Assembly (NCBI GenBank): GCA_964247055.1
Contig: OZ176054.1
Location: 6,758,001-6,822,000 of the forward strand
Direction of reading: 5' to 3'
DNA from: Paragordius varius
Taxonomy: Eukaryota; Animalia; Nematomorpha
Length of the DNA: 64,000 bases
The notes under the pieces were generated by a model. The model had not been told where the DNA came from. It searched no databases and was given only the letters and a program-made list of their open reading frames with translations. Below are positions 23,287 through 36,533 of this stretch, one piece after another; within the stretch, counting starts at the first letter, position 1, and every line of letters starts with the position of its first letter. Position numbers and translations under genes: made by a program.

Positions 23287-26088
23287 CATCACATCCGAAA
23301 ATTTCCCAGTGCACCAGATACTTCGTTAACTGATTTATCGCCTGGTGGAGTTGTTAAACACGGACATAGCAAAAAATCCGGATCTAACGTTGATTCCGAT
23401 GATCCTAACTCATCTGATGCCTTTGTAAACGACGCCGTACCTAATGACGCTATACCAAATGACTCCATTCCAAATGATCCCAGTAATAATGTTAATAGTA
23501 ATAGCAACAACAATATTAATGAAAACAATCCAGTCAATTTAGGTGACGAGCTCGACATTAACAAGGATATACCCGGAGGCGAGGGAGTAGCTTCAAATTC
23601 TAAATCATCCCAACCCGCTGCAAACGCCGTAGAAAATGAAATGATAATTGCGGAAGAAGATTTTGAAGAAATTGATGAAGACAATGCCGCAGAACCGGAA
23701 GAGTTGTTAAATTTTGTTTGGGGCGAACAATTGTTGAAACGAAAACCTCCAACGCAAATCAACAGGCTACATACAACACCGAAAAATAGACATATATTTC
23801 AATATTTGAACCAAACAGTATTGGGAAAAACTTGGAGCAAAACAACACCACAATCGGCCAAAACAAAAATTAGTCAATCACAAAATATACAAGTAATTAG
23901 CCCGGAACCAAAAATGCAGAAAATAACAACCAAAGTTCCAGTGAAACCTCTAAATCATGCCAAACCCTATCATATGCCTTCACAAATGTATTCCAAATCG
24001 AGCGGGAAACAATCCAATCCTTTCAATAGTAATCTTCAACATTTGAAACAACAACGGAGTCCTCCAGTCCAAAATGTTACATTAAGTACTGTAGAAGTTC
24101 TAACGGTCCTTATGAATTTTACACCCTTAGCCCAGCCGACGATGTACATATATAGCGAGCGTTCGGGAACGAGTACCAAATCATTCGTTTTTGTTTTCGT
24201 TATTATAGGTTTGATGCTTTCCATTTCGGCTCTTGTAGCAACTGTGGCTTACATGATTAAAAGAGAGACACATGGAAATGGATCCAATTTCAGTAAGAGG
24301 TTTTCGAAAAAATCTAACTCTACCTCCCTTATATGTAACCAAAAGAATAATAAACTAGGAGAAGGTACAAGTCAGTGTGCAGGGGATTCAATTACGGGTT
24401 TTTCATCCTCTGCTATAACCAGTTTAAATGAAGCATTTAGTGCCTCTTCTAGTGTTAGCGCTTTGTGGAAAAAGAAAAGGGATGAAGAAAAGAGGGAAAG
24501 TTTGGTAAGCAAAAATAAACCAAAAGTACCGAATTTATCATTAAACTACTCAGGTCTCAGATCTCTCGAAGATTTAAATCAAATTCGATCGGATCTTATA
24601 TCCTTCGATAGTCAAGCGCCAAATAACAGCCTAAAATCTATAGGACCTGAAGTATATTACACTTCTAAAAAATCTATAGTTAAAGCCGCAACACCGCAAC
24701 CACCAACACATGCATACAGCTCACCATCTCTTAATCGTAGACCTATGGTTAAATCGCGCTCGAAAGCCATTTCGATTGAATCATCGGATATTTCTTGTTG
24801 GAACCAAGCCAGCCAATTAGAAGAATCTAAAAGAAGAGCCACTACAACGTCGAGTTTTGGTAAATGGCATCATAGTTATGGAAAATATCCGTATAAATAT
24901 TCGTACCTTTCATCATTACCAGCAAAAGATACTAAAAATGGCGATTCATCGTTTAGGTATAATGTGGAATCAGGAAAAAGTATAGATTATACCCCGACAG
25001 CCAAATACGGGGATATGATTGAAACTTATGCTATGTCTCCTTTTCATTACCCATTGGCTACCGTAACTTCAGGAGCTTCGATCGGGAAATTGGTTCAAGA
25101 TTATAGAATTGCAAAATCATTATCTCAGCAAAATAATAGTTGTGAAGAGGACAATTCTGAAGATTCGGATAATTCTGATGTTTCCAATAATGAAATGTTT
25201 GATACAAAAAATGGCAAAAATAGTCCCAAAGTTTTTCGTACTAATGTGATGCCAAAATTAAAAACGAAAAGTGTACTGACTCATTCTAACGCATCTTCGT
25301 TGGTTCCCTTCAAACTAAAACATCACGAAAACTGTAGCAGTCTAGCTGCAAATTTATCAAAAATAAAGCAAGATTCGAAGTATCGGTTAGATCCCAACAA
25401 AAATGAAACCAACTTTTGGACTAAATCAATGAAAACTAACCCACGTAAAATACTTTCCCAGTATTCTAGTTTACCACAAGATTATTCGCAATATAATTAC
25501 AGAAGTGTTTACGATGAGAATAATCAGGATGATAATTATTGCATTGCTAACTTTCATATGCATGAAAACAATTTATTAGGAAACGGTAATGTTCTGAATT
25601 TTAATACATTAACACATAAAATACCACAACGCCATATGCTGAAATCGGATAAGTTTCAGAAATACAACCATAAATTAGATAGGTGCAAAGATATGCAAGC
25701 AGGGTTTGAAGCCAAAAAAATGACAAAGCAACATATACAACAAAATTATGATGATATTTTAACGTATAAATCATTCAATACATTGGGCCATCACCCAGAA
25801 AAACCCTTGGAAATGGCTCCCTATAAAAAAACTTTACCAAATTTAACTGAAACACAAACGCTAAACATATCATACACGAAAGAAACGCTGTTTAAAAAGA
25901 ATTCCCCGAAAGAACATAGTAAAATAGGCTGTCAAAATAAAGTATATGAGAAGAAACCATTAGTAAATGAAACTGATATGGATTCCAAAGATACGGCTTA
26001 CATAAATCAGCAGGCGAATATAAAAACAGCCCTTGAAATGCACAACAACCAACTAATGAATGAACCCGAAAAATATGATTATTTATAA
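23287..26088 (+). CDS. Orphan type I single-pass membrane protein; one 2.8-kb terminal exon (about 933 codons), first exon not resolved
   Basis: The frame is open from the acceptor TATATAG|CAT at 23287, upstream of the tracked ATG at 23641. It has a D/N/S/P-rich ectodomain, one hydrophobic segment (FVFVFVIIGLMLSISALVATVAYMI) followed by KRE, and a long Ser/Tyr/Lys-rich disordered tail. No recognised domain. Confidence 0.8.
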   Translation, partial: HHIRKFPSAPDTSLTDLSPGGVVKHGHSKKSGSNVDSDDPNSSDAFVNDAVPNDAIPNDSIPNDPSNNVNSNSNNNINENNPVNLGDELDINKDIPGGEGVASNSKSSQPAANAVENEMIIAEEDFEEIDEDNAAEPEELLNFVWGEQLLKRKPPTQINRLHTTPKNRHIFQYLNQTVLGKTWSKTTPQSAKTKISQSQNIQVISPEPKMQKITTKVPVKPLNHAKPYHMPSQMYSKSSGKQSNPFNSNLQHLKQQRSPPVQNVTLSTVEVLTVLMNFTPLAQPTMYIYSERSGTSTKSFVFVFVIIGLMLSISALVATVAYMIKRETHGNGSNFSKRFSKKSNSTSLICNQKNNKLGEGTSQCAGDSITGFSSSAITSLNEAFSASSSVSALWKKKRDEEKRESLVSKNKPKVPNLSLNYSGLRSLEDLNQIRSDLISFDSQAPNNSLKSIGPEVYYTSKKSIVKAATPQPPTHAYSSPSLNRRPMVKSRSKAISIESSDISCWNQASQLEESKRRATTTSSFGKWHHSYGKYPYKYSYLSSLPAKDTKNGDSSFRYNVESGKSIDYTPTAKYGDMIETYAMSPFHYPLATVTSGASIGKLVQDYRIAKSLSQQNNSCEEDNSEDSDNSDVSNNEMFDTKNGKNSPKVFRTNVMPKLKTKSVLTHSNASSLVPFKLKHHENCSSLAANLSKIKQDSKYRLDPNKNETNFWTKSMKTNPRKILSQYSSLPQDYSQYNYRSVYDENNQDDNYCIANFHMHENNLLGNGNVLNFNTLTHKIPQRHMLKSDKFQKYNHKLDRCKDMQAGFEAKKMTKQHIQQNYDDILTYKSFNTLGHHPEKPLEMAPYKKTLPNLTETQTLNISYTKETLFKKNSPKEHSKIGCQNKVYEKKPLVNETDMDSKDTAYINQQANIKTALEMHNNQLMNEPEKYDYL

Positions 26089-27099
26089 AACCAATATTTA
26101 TTCATTATATATTACATAACTAAAAGCAATCACATACAGTTTACTAAATATTTATTATTATCAATGTGATTGATTTTTCTAAATAGTCTTTAGTCAAAAA
26201 GCAATATTACAATTATATATCTATATTATATTATAATTTTCGTATGTCTAACCAAATAAAGTATTGTAATATATTAAAATAAATATTTTATGAAAATAGT
26301 AGTTGTTTGAAAATCAAAAACTGGAAAGAAACGGCAGTTGATTGTTTTTTTTAATTTTTGTGCCAATTAAGAACTAATGTGAATACACATCTGTCTTTTG
26401 TATAATAATTCCTTGATTTGGTTAATAGAAAAAGCCAATTACTAAAATATAATTTATGTCTGAAAAATAAAAGGGATGTGTTGTGCGATTGCATAATGAT
26501 AAAAGCTTTAATTAAATTATATTGATTATTTTCTCGGAGACACAAACTCATCTATTTTTACCAAAATCAGTGTAGTTTGATGATGATCACAATAATATAA
26601 ATAAAAAAGAGATAGACTAAATATATTAATTAAATCACTTAAGCAAGCATAAATAGGACAACACAGAATTTTCACTGTAGTTTGAGTGAGAGAATGGATC
26701 CTTAAATATAATTAATTTACAGGTCCATAAATGCCGCCATTAAATGGAGAAAGCCATAGGCTATATTCCTGGAGGTATTGGATCCTTTTTTTCAATAAAC
26801 GCCACATAGCAAAAAGGTTTTTATCATTAAAATTGGCCACAAAATTTAAAAGCTTATGCGTTAAAATATGCCTTCTATGTAAAAAATTTAATCAAAAAAA
26901 TATAATAACTTTTCAGACAATATATTGGTTTAATGCTTGAATATCAATATATAGGTTAACAAACTTCAAAAGTTTGAATAAAAAAGCAAATTATCTTAAT
27001 TTCTATTTTTTCCCATAAAAATAAAAATTACACAAAATTGCAACTTCACACGCAAGTTATAGTTATTTTCAATCCATATATTTTTGCAAAATGTTGGCT

Positions 27100-28120
27100 T
27101 TGAAGCAATTTTACACAAAAGGTGTAAGCCCATTTTAATTGAAAGTAATTTTTAATCATAAATGCGCCAAGGGTGACTGAGCCGTTTTTCGTGCAAGTAG
27201 AAATTTGGGTTTTTGGTAATAATACAAGTCCCCGAAACTGGTTTGAGCGGTTCTCGAAAAATGTGTAGGCCAATTCAGTTTAAATAATTTTTTTCCTTTT
27301 TTTATAAATGCGCCCTGATCAGGCCTTTTTAAAATTAGCCACTCAGTTTGACCCTATCCTCGAAAAAACGAGGGTTATTGAACAATTATTGGCTTTAAAG
27401 TAGTTTTTAGTGTGGGCCCGTTATAATTCAAAATAGGAAAGTGCCCGATTGTGACTTGCCAATTTTTGAATATTTAGTTCATACAATCCACTTAAAATGA
27501 GGATTTTAAACAAATAGTTATTATAAATTAACTGAAAAATTTGGGTACATTTGAATTAGTAAATAGATTTTTTACCTGTTTCGATATAATGCGTCGATGA
27601 TGTCGAGATTTTAAGTTTGCGCCTCAGTTAAGCACACTTGAAAAATGGTTGAAGAAATAATTGCCAAATATTTTTCTGAAAAATGTGTAGGGTAATGCAA
27701 ATTTAATAACTATTTTAAATTTTTTCTATGCATTCAGGGTGAAAAAATCATAATAATTTAGCCCCTCAGCTGAAAGCCTTCCTAAGAAATGAAGTTTGTG
27801 CTTGCATAAACATGGGTTGTGCTAGCCCCGCCCGTGTCAAAATTAGGTTTTTAAAATATTGGTTTTAAAAAAATCTACCGAAAATCGAGTAGGCATATTC
27901 GAGATCGTAAGATAAATATCATTTATAAACGAGATAGCGAATTAACCATTTTTTAATATGCCCTCAGTTTAACTTCACCTCGAAAATAATCAAAATATAT
28001 TTAAGCTATTTTCCGGAAAACGTGTAATGTTTTGGATGTTTGCACGAATGCGTCAAGAGTAATCAACTTATTTTTTAAATTAGTCCCTGTTATTAAGCCG
28101 ATAAATCAGGTAGCATTTAA
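27100..28120. repeat. Degenerate dispersed/tandem repeat, probably old TE subterminal sequence
   Basis: GAAAAATGTGTAGG-like motifs recur at about 27256, 27678 and 28016, and (C/A)CTCAG motifs at about 27341, 27622, 27763 and 27961. Confidence 0.4.
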
Positions 28121-28180
28121 AATTTCAAAAAAACCATGGTACATTTTTTCGGTAATCGTAATATGTTTTATATGATTTCG

Positions 28181-28675
28181 TTAATTCTTCGATTCAAATT
28201 GGAGTAAACAGTGACCCCCATATTTGAATTGATATTATTAACGAATTCTGATTAGAACAGCTCCAATTTAAAATTATGCATCTATTCTAATTATAATTAT
28301 ATAAATAAGCCAAAATATCAATATGTAATTTTATAAAAAACCGATACGACATTTTCGCATCATTTTTGCAAAATATTTTATTTGCTTGGCTTTAAAATTA
28401 AAGTTTTATATCACATTTAACATTAATATAAACAGAAAGCTTATTTGGCATTATTTTTGTATTCAATATATGTCATGTTGGCTAAATTTTCACCTTGAGG
28501 TTTTTTATAAAATAAGTAATATCAGGTTTTTTTGAATGAATTCTTTTTTTATATTTCGACTGGCGAATGTTATGTAGCTTAAAATTGTTTCAATTTATTC
28601 CATAATTTTTTCAACAGGCGGGTCATTACTTGAATAGACGGACTTTAATGAATGTGTTGTATCCTCCAGTGTTAA
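28181..28675 (+). mobile_element. TTAA-flanked piggyBac-like MITE family A, diverged copy
   Basis: TTAATTCTTCGATTC ... GAATGTGTTGTATCCTCCAGTGTTAA matches the ends of the copy at 32012. Confidence 0.55.
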
Positions 28676-29139
28676 AATTTCTAATTATCTTACACAGCGC
28701 ACACAAAAAATCTCTAATTTATATATAAATATACTGATAAAAATATGTATTAGGATAATTATGGTGCTATATGTTTCAGGCATAAGGGTCCTTTAAAAAA
28801 AATTTTCCACTATGGTAATTATGTATCTAAAATTTAAAATTAGCACATATTGTGGTAATTAGTTTTTTTGGGTGAAAACTAAATGCTTTATTCCAACAAA
28901 TATTATTATATCATTAACTATGTTTAAAGAGTCTATAATGTATTATAAGGAACTTAAATCTAAATAAGGCTCCACTCATATTTTGACTCTAGGCCAGTTT
29001 TTAAATAAAAAACGTGCAAATACCGAGATGGCGCGATAATAAATATACTAGATTAAATCAAAACAATTTATTTATAAAAAGATGCATACTTTCCCAAAAT
29101 TTAAATTTATTTATATTATGTTTAAGGGTATATTTTTGG

Positions 29140-30960
29140 AAGCACACAAACGGTAATCTATATATAAAAATGGAAAGTGGTGGCTTTGTGATCAGTTACC
29201 GGAAAACCGGTAGACCCATTCCAATCCAAATGTTGAAAAAAATATAATCATTAATGAGAGCTCCGACAATGGCTTCGCTTTTGCATATTTTTAGCGCATA
29301 AAGGCCCCAAATTAACGACTAATAAAAAAACGCCTGACCTTAATTTTTACCAAGCTACGGGTTATTTCGAACTGAACTCATATGGCATAAGTTTTAAATT
29401 AGTTCCAAAACAACGCAATTTTTATACAGTGGCACAGTTTTTGGCGGGTAGCTTCTTACCCAGAGGCAGGTATAAAAAAGCGTCGGGCAAAATTTTTGTC
29501 TTTATATGGGGATTATCTAGAATTATAATGTCCATATGTTCCTATAAGTTCTTGGAAATATGGCTTCAAAAAAAAATTGATGGCGGCGAATTTTTCAGGG
29601 CGTAAACTTTTTTTAGCTACTCATTGAAATAACCCCCTATACTAAAATATTTGTTTTTAAGTGGTAATAAATATTTTAGGCCCTTATTGAACTCACATAG
29701 TCTCATAAGTTGAAATTTGGCTTCATAGACATGCTGTATCATAGTGACGCATTTTTACGCGGGTAGCTCCCTACCCAGCTATTTAAACGCTAATTTGAAA
29801 AATCCGCTCGACTCAAATTTTTGCCTTTTTACGGGTAATATTTCAGGCCCTTATAAAACTTTTTGGCCTGATTTATGTAAATTAACTCCTAAACAACGCA
29901 ATTTTGATATGGTGGATCAGTTTTAGGCGGGTAGCTAGCTCCCTACCCAGAGACCAATATTAAAAAGACGCTCGATAATATTGCCTTTATATGGGAATAC
30001 CTGGAATCATCATCATTCCATATGCTCTTAATAGTTTATGTATGGCTTCAAAACTAAATAATAGTTTAATGATAGTGCATTTTTAGGGCGTAAAGGGCCT
30101 AACCGCTAATTTAAAAAAACAGCTCGACATAAATTTTTGCCTTTTTACGGGTAATATTTTAAGCATGGATTGAAGTCATATGGCCTGATAGGTTTTCTGA
30201 AATTTAGCCCCAAAGGCACAGTATTTCGATATGACGGATCAGTTGTTAGCGGAGAGCTCCTTACCCGGCAGCCAATGTAAAAGAAACGCACGACTAAAGT
30301 TTTTGCCTTTTAACAGGGAATACCTGGAATATTTATTGAATTTTTACGGTCTCCAACCATGGGCGAAAATAAAGATTTAAAAAATTATTTTTGTGGACTA
30401 TTTTTTGAAAAAAGTGGCATTTTACGGGGAAGCGGGTAAAAAGAGGGCCTAAATTAAAAAAGCGAGCCGACTATGTTCGGCGCAATCGAAAATAAGTAAA
30501 AAAAATCATATTTGAAATCGAATGGTCCCACACGTTTTCGGAAAATTGTCTCAAAGACACGATTTTTATGGACTTATATTTTCAAAAAAACCCGTTTTTT
30601 ACACAGGGTGGGCCTGAACTAGGGGCCTAATCCATCATATAACGATTTTTTAATGTTGAGATATTTTTCGAATACCCACGAGACGATGGTTTCAAAGATG
30701 ATTCCAAATATTTTCCATATAAAGGCAAAAAATTTAACTTAGCGCTTTTTCCATATAGGGCTATGGGTAGTGGTCTACTGGTTTAAAACTGAGACGCCAT
30801 ACAAAAATGGCTTGGCGAAGCCATACGAGTTCAATAAAGGTTTTAAATATTACCTATAAAAAGGTAAAAATTATAGTTTAGCGGTTTTCCCCGTTAGCCG
30901 TAAATTTGGGGCCTTTACACCAGTAAACAATATATTAGTATGAATACACCGTTTTGAAAA
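29140..30960. repeat. Family B: complex element with a tandem array of about 160-nt units (A/B dimers of about 320 nt) and inverted units at the right end
   Basis: AAAA.CGCTCGAC.AAATTTTTGCCTTT..GGG.AATA and the hairpin GGGTAG-CTCC-CTACCC recur (29447, 29761, 29929, 30251). 30100-30640 matches 53280-53810 directly, and 29140-29280 matches 53826-53960 in reverse. Confidence 0.75.
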
Positions 30961-32011
30961 CCCTATAAGATCATAATTAAATAATGTTTCAAAATAATCC
31001 ACATAGATGGATTCTAGTAACTTTATAATATTTAAAAAACACCTTTTCTATCTTGCCCAAGATTTTTATCATCAGAATTAAAATAAAAAATTTGTTTTTC
31101 CAAAAGAGTATATCATTTTAAGGTAATAAAGACAAATTAAATTTTAAACGTAACTTAACCAACATTGAAAAATAAAATCTTGTTTTGATATTATCGTAAA
31201 TCTTTCTGCGATTTCCATGCTATAAATATCATAGAACAAAACTCCACAAAATGTGCTTTAATTGGATTTTAAAGTAAAGTATGCATTTTTCATAAAAAAT
31301 TATTTCAATATCATAATCTAGCTTAACACCTCATTACATTTTGGGGAGTTTTATACCCAAAGCCATATTATATTTAAATATCTTAAAAATTAATGCTATT
31401 GGGTCAAAAAATAAGCTCTCTTTAGCTTTTAAGGCGCATGATACAAAGTATTTTCAAAAAAGGTCAAAAAGTAAGAATATCTTTATCTCAAACTTCGCCA
31501 TTTTTCTTTTCCACATTTTCTAATTTAACAGGCAAATATATTATGGTTAAAAGTAACTAATTAATTTTGAAAAGTTTTCAAATACCATTCCACTAGTAAT
31601 TTTTTTACAGATCTTAAAATAATCTTTTTACTTCAATCGTCTTCTATCCTTCGGGTACAAAAGTTACGAAAACTCCAAAAAATTTAAGATTTATATCTAA
31701 TAATACAGGAGAAGAGGGTTCGATATTTAAATTTTAACAAAAAGAACTTGAAGTAATTTATTTATGATTTTAAGCTCTGCCATAAAAATATTACTCAAGA
31801 TCATCGTGTATAAAAAGTAAAATGTAAAGAAGGATTAAAATTGCTTTTGATCAATCATCTCATATAGATTATTAGTCTGAAGATGGGTCAAACTTAGATT
31901 TTCGAAGACCGCATCTAAAAATATAAAATTTCTTTGCTTATCAAATGAAGTCTATTTTATATTAGAATAATATTATTTGAATGAGGCATCCAGTTTTGAC
32001 AAAATTTTTTA

Positions 32012-32577
32012 TTAACACTTCGATTCGAGGTATCTAAATACCCCAGACTAAATTTATGTTTGGATCTTAAAAAATTCTGAAGGAAACGGTCCTAATTTAA
32101 ATTTATGCTTCTCTTCTAATAAAAATTATATAAATATGCCAATATTTCTAACTAAATTTCGTTTAAAAAAGTTCCATATCAAACTACTTCTACGCCATTT
32201 TTATTTTCCAAAATTTTTGCAAAATATCTTCTTCGTTAAGTTTTATGGGTAAAATAATTTTTTATTTACAAATCTAACAGATATATATGGCAAAAGTGGT
32301 TAATATTATATTATTTTTCAATTTTATCATTGCACACATGTCACGTTGACAAAATTTTTACCTTTGGGATTTAGCTCAAAATAAGTAATATCACGTATTT
32401 TGTATAAAATCTTTTATATATTTTCGTTTATTAATGTTATATAAGTGCAAAACTTTGCCATGATTTCGATTCCTTTTAATTTTTTAAAGAATTTAATTTA
32501 ACACTGGCCTGGGGCATCCAACTACCCCGATTTGAATGAAAGGAGACTGAAATGAATGTGTTGTATCCAAGTGTTAA
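32012..32577 (+). mobile_element. TTAA-flanked piggyBac-like MITE family A
   Basis: TTAA-CACTTCGATTC ... GTATCCAAGTG-TTAA; the body is shared with copies at 54270, 54895 and 55740. A TTAA target and CAC/CCC-type start are established piggyBac hallmarks. Confidence 0.8.
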
Positions 32578-33113
32578 CATAGCCAAATTTTACAATTTTT
32601 TGATATGGAGCAATAACAACAAACCGTACTTTTTAAAATAAACCACAAGCCGTATGATTCTGTACATTTATCTATCAAAATATATATCATCTTTATTTTT
32701 TATATTCTCCAATTTTATTTTATGAAAAAATTTAAGACCTCTCAATTCTTTAGATGTTTAATATTTTTATTTTTATAAAATTAGAAAAGTACAAGATTAG
32801 ACCTAAATTATTTTTGTATAGCCTGACAAAAACAGTGGTATGGTAGATTTAAGGGATAAAGCGTGTCGTTTAACCGCAAAAAACAAAATGTTAGCGAAAT
32901 AAGTCATTTTTAAATTATATTTTTTTTTGAATAAAAATAAATAAAATTCTTAGCAGACTTTCGCTTAAATACTTATCACACTAATATAATTTTTCAAACA
33001 ATGTGAATAGTATAACAATGTTCATTCATTTGTACGGCTTGTGGTTTTTTATGTTTGAGGATGCCGCTTAAAAATTCCACCTTATATTAAATACTTTTTA
33101 TATACGCTTTCAT

Positions 33114-36100
33114 ATGGATTATCAACCATATTCTCAAAATCATCCAAATTTTAACAATCAAATGTATATGCATGTTGGCCCACAAAATACATCATTGTCT
33201 CAACAGCATCATCCATCAATGATTTACCAATCCCATCACCCTCAAATGGTTATGCGGAAAGCATCATTTTCAGAAGAATACAACAATATTGCATATTCTG
33301 GTCTAAATAATGTTGGCGTAATTCAAAATTCTTACAGCCCAAACAAAAGTAATGGTTATGGTTTACAACGCCATCGTGCGACATCTCATATGTCTTCCAC
33401 CACAAATCTCTCAACTATAAATCGCTCATTTATTAATAATAACCAAAATAGAAACTGGACGGGTTCACGTCCCAACTTAACAATTCTTCCATCTGAAAAC
33501 GTACTCCCGAAGTTAGATACATCAGAAGCTATAGGTATTTGAGATTTTTATTTAATCTAATTATTTTGAAAATACTTATAGTTTCAAATATTAATGCTTT
33601 TACGCCCATTATTTCAATATATAGCAAACAAAAATATTTGTCAAATTTTGCGACAATTGGCAAGTTTTGTTCGATCAACTGAAACAATTTTAACCTCATT
33701 GCATAAGGAAACGTGTGAAACATATCAAAGATCTATAAACCTTCAGAGCCGAGTAGATCGTGCCGCTATGGCTATTAAAGTCATTGAGAAGAAAAGTTCA
33801 CATAGTAAAAATTTATATGATTTTCACAAAAAAGTTAACAAATATATGTGATATAATTGTATAAATATGACATCTAAAAATTCAAAAATATGCAGGCAGA
33901 ACCTATAAAGTAAAAGAAAAAATTTTACAAAAAACGACAGCCATGTAGTTTACAACCACCTTGATTATTATAAATAAAATTCATCGTTTGTGTTGCAATT
34001 TAAGAAATAGGGATGTAAATTGGTAAAACACTTAATCATTTTGGTTTAAAAATTATGGGAAACTTTCTTTTCTTTATCCTTTTTATGTTTTATATAATTT
34101 TACATTTTGTCTTTTACGATTTTTACCGTAAAATTATTAGGCCATGCCCTAGAATCAATTAAACAATCAAATGATTCCCAAAATAGGAAAGAAGTGCTGA
34201 GTCAGATCTTAGATGGGTCTGAAATTGAGGTTGCTCATGCACTTGACCAGGGCTCATATTTTAAACAGATTGGTATATTTATGATTATAACAAAAAAAAA
34301 TATTTAGTTAAATGAGTTTTTTTTGTATTATCTAATTATTTTGTTGAGATTTGAATATGTTTGTTGTGTCTATTACACTATGCAGTAATTTGTAAAATTT
34401 ATATATATTCTTTATGAATTTTTTTTTCATGATTTACAAAAGTTATGTCTTAATATAAAGAAAATATGCATACCTTCCATGTTTCATTTAAATAATAATT
34501 TATCCATTAAAATTTTTATAACAGATATAATATAAAATATTCATGTCAAAGACACGTATTTACTTGGACGGTTAACATTGACAATTACTGTTTAACATTT
34601 TAATAAACTCTTTGTTAAATATAGTATGTTATAAAAAATTATTTTTTTAATTTACCTTTTTTGTGATTATTATGAGTAATTTTAAAACAGGTTAAATTTA
34701 CAGCTTTAAGTATTAGCAAAATTGGTAATATATCGATCAATTTTAGCTTTTTCCATTATTATTGGTATTAATATTACCTAACTTTTAATGCTATAATTAG
34801 CTAAAAATATGGTGGTATATGTCTATAAAATACATATCATATCTTTACAAAATATTAAAAGCTACTTATTTCACACAAATTTTATTTTTCTTATAAAGAT
34901 CATCAACAACAACAATATAAATGTACAACAGCCGATAAAATGCTAAGGAATGGTGAAAATATCTCTAATGCTAATTCTCTATTGAATACAAATATTTTAC
35001 ATTCATCACCACATAACATTAAAACGAACGCTAAAACAAATGATGAAATTGAACAACAATTGTTAACGCATGAAACAATGCCTACCATAATACAATTGGC
35101 GTATAAACAGTGTGAATCGCCTCCACCTCTGAGAAAACTAAATGCATATCGGTATATGGGAAAAAATTTATTTATAATTTCAATATAAAATGTTTTTAAA
35201 CAATAATTTGTTGCCCTTTTATATTAACTATTTTTTAAACAGAAATATAAAATGAATTTGTTAAATAGATTGATTTAACAGTGCTTTGATGTATACAAAA
35301 AAATGTAAAAAAATTTTGTTAACACGGTTCATGCGCGTTTATTATAGCCTAAATTTGCCCTTTTGAGTTGTTTTTAATAATATTTATAAATGTAACCGTT
35401 ATAGTAATACAGATTTAACAGTGCTTTTGATGTATGTTTAAAATTAGGTAAAATATTATGTTAAATGGTTCGTGAGCGTGAAATATACATTATATAAATG
35501 AATGTATTAGAAAGATTGGTGATGTCATTGATCTATATTGAAATCTATAGGCTTTTATACAAATTTTAAGTTTTTTCGAAACCATAAATTATTGCATAAT
35601 GATGAAGCAATTAACTTTATATAACTAAAGAACTGATAATTATTTGACACTCAAAATAAGTATTCTATATGAGTTTATAAATCCTTAGCATAAGTAGTGT
35701 ATAAGTTGGTAATCTTTTATTAAAATTATATTAAAATATTTTTTATTTTATTTGTTGCTTAATGATAAAAGTTATTTTATTATAATTCTTAACCCAAAAA
35801 TAAAGCGTGGTATCAGAGTGGTTAGATCTTTTAAATTCCAGTAAGTGTGCCAAAGTTAAAATACCCAAACTACATAAAAAAATTCATCTCCATGTGTTAC
35901 AAGTCTTACTTTTTGGAAAAAGACGTAGTTTCTTTTAACTATACATATCATATTTTATTGTGAGAAATAATTTTAATACAGAATAATTTAAAAAAAATTG
36001 ACTTATAAAAAACAATATGTATATACATATATATTAATAATCATAAATATTTCCCAACACCTCTCTATATAGTGATGATGGTCGAGACGCAACAAAATTT

Positions 36101-36482
36101 TACAGTGATCCATCATTCTTTTTCCAAAATTGGCAACATTTACCCTCAAACAACACAACTTCATCTGTGAAAAGGAATGAAGAATCAATACTCCCCTTAC
36201 CTAATAAAAGCAATAACACCACGTTTAGTAACCAAACTAAACCTTATGGACAGTCAATAGAACAAAATAATAATTTTGATAATCATAATTATCAAAATTA
36301 TGGACTAAAAGTTGTAACGTGTCGAGCGATGGAAAATGTCACTTATGATATGGTATATTTTAGTCGTATTTTTAAAAACGGCCTGATATTTTAAGATAAC
36401 ATAAAAATAATATTTTTCACTGTAATTTTAGATCTAATTGTATTTTATTAAGTATTTTCAAGACCATTTATTTTTGTCACAA

Positions 36483-36533
<51 letters not shown>

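Noticed and set aside
23289-23762. 157-aa minus-strand ORF
   Set aside because: It is the antisense shadow of the low-complexity plus-strand exon that is open from 23287.
29290-30330. Periodic repeats as a CRISPR-like array
   Set aside because: The units are long, degenerate over their whole length and lack unique spacers. The context is eukaryotic with no cas genes.
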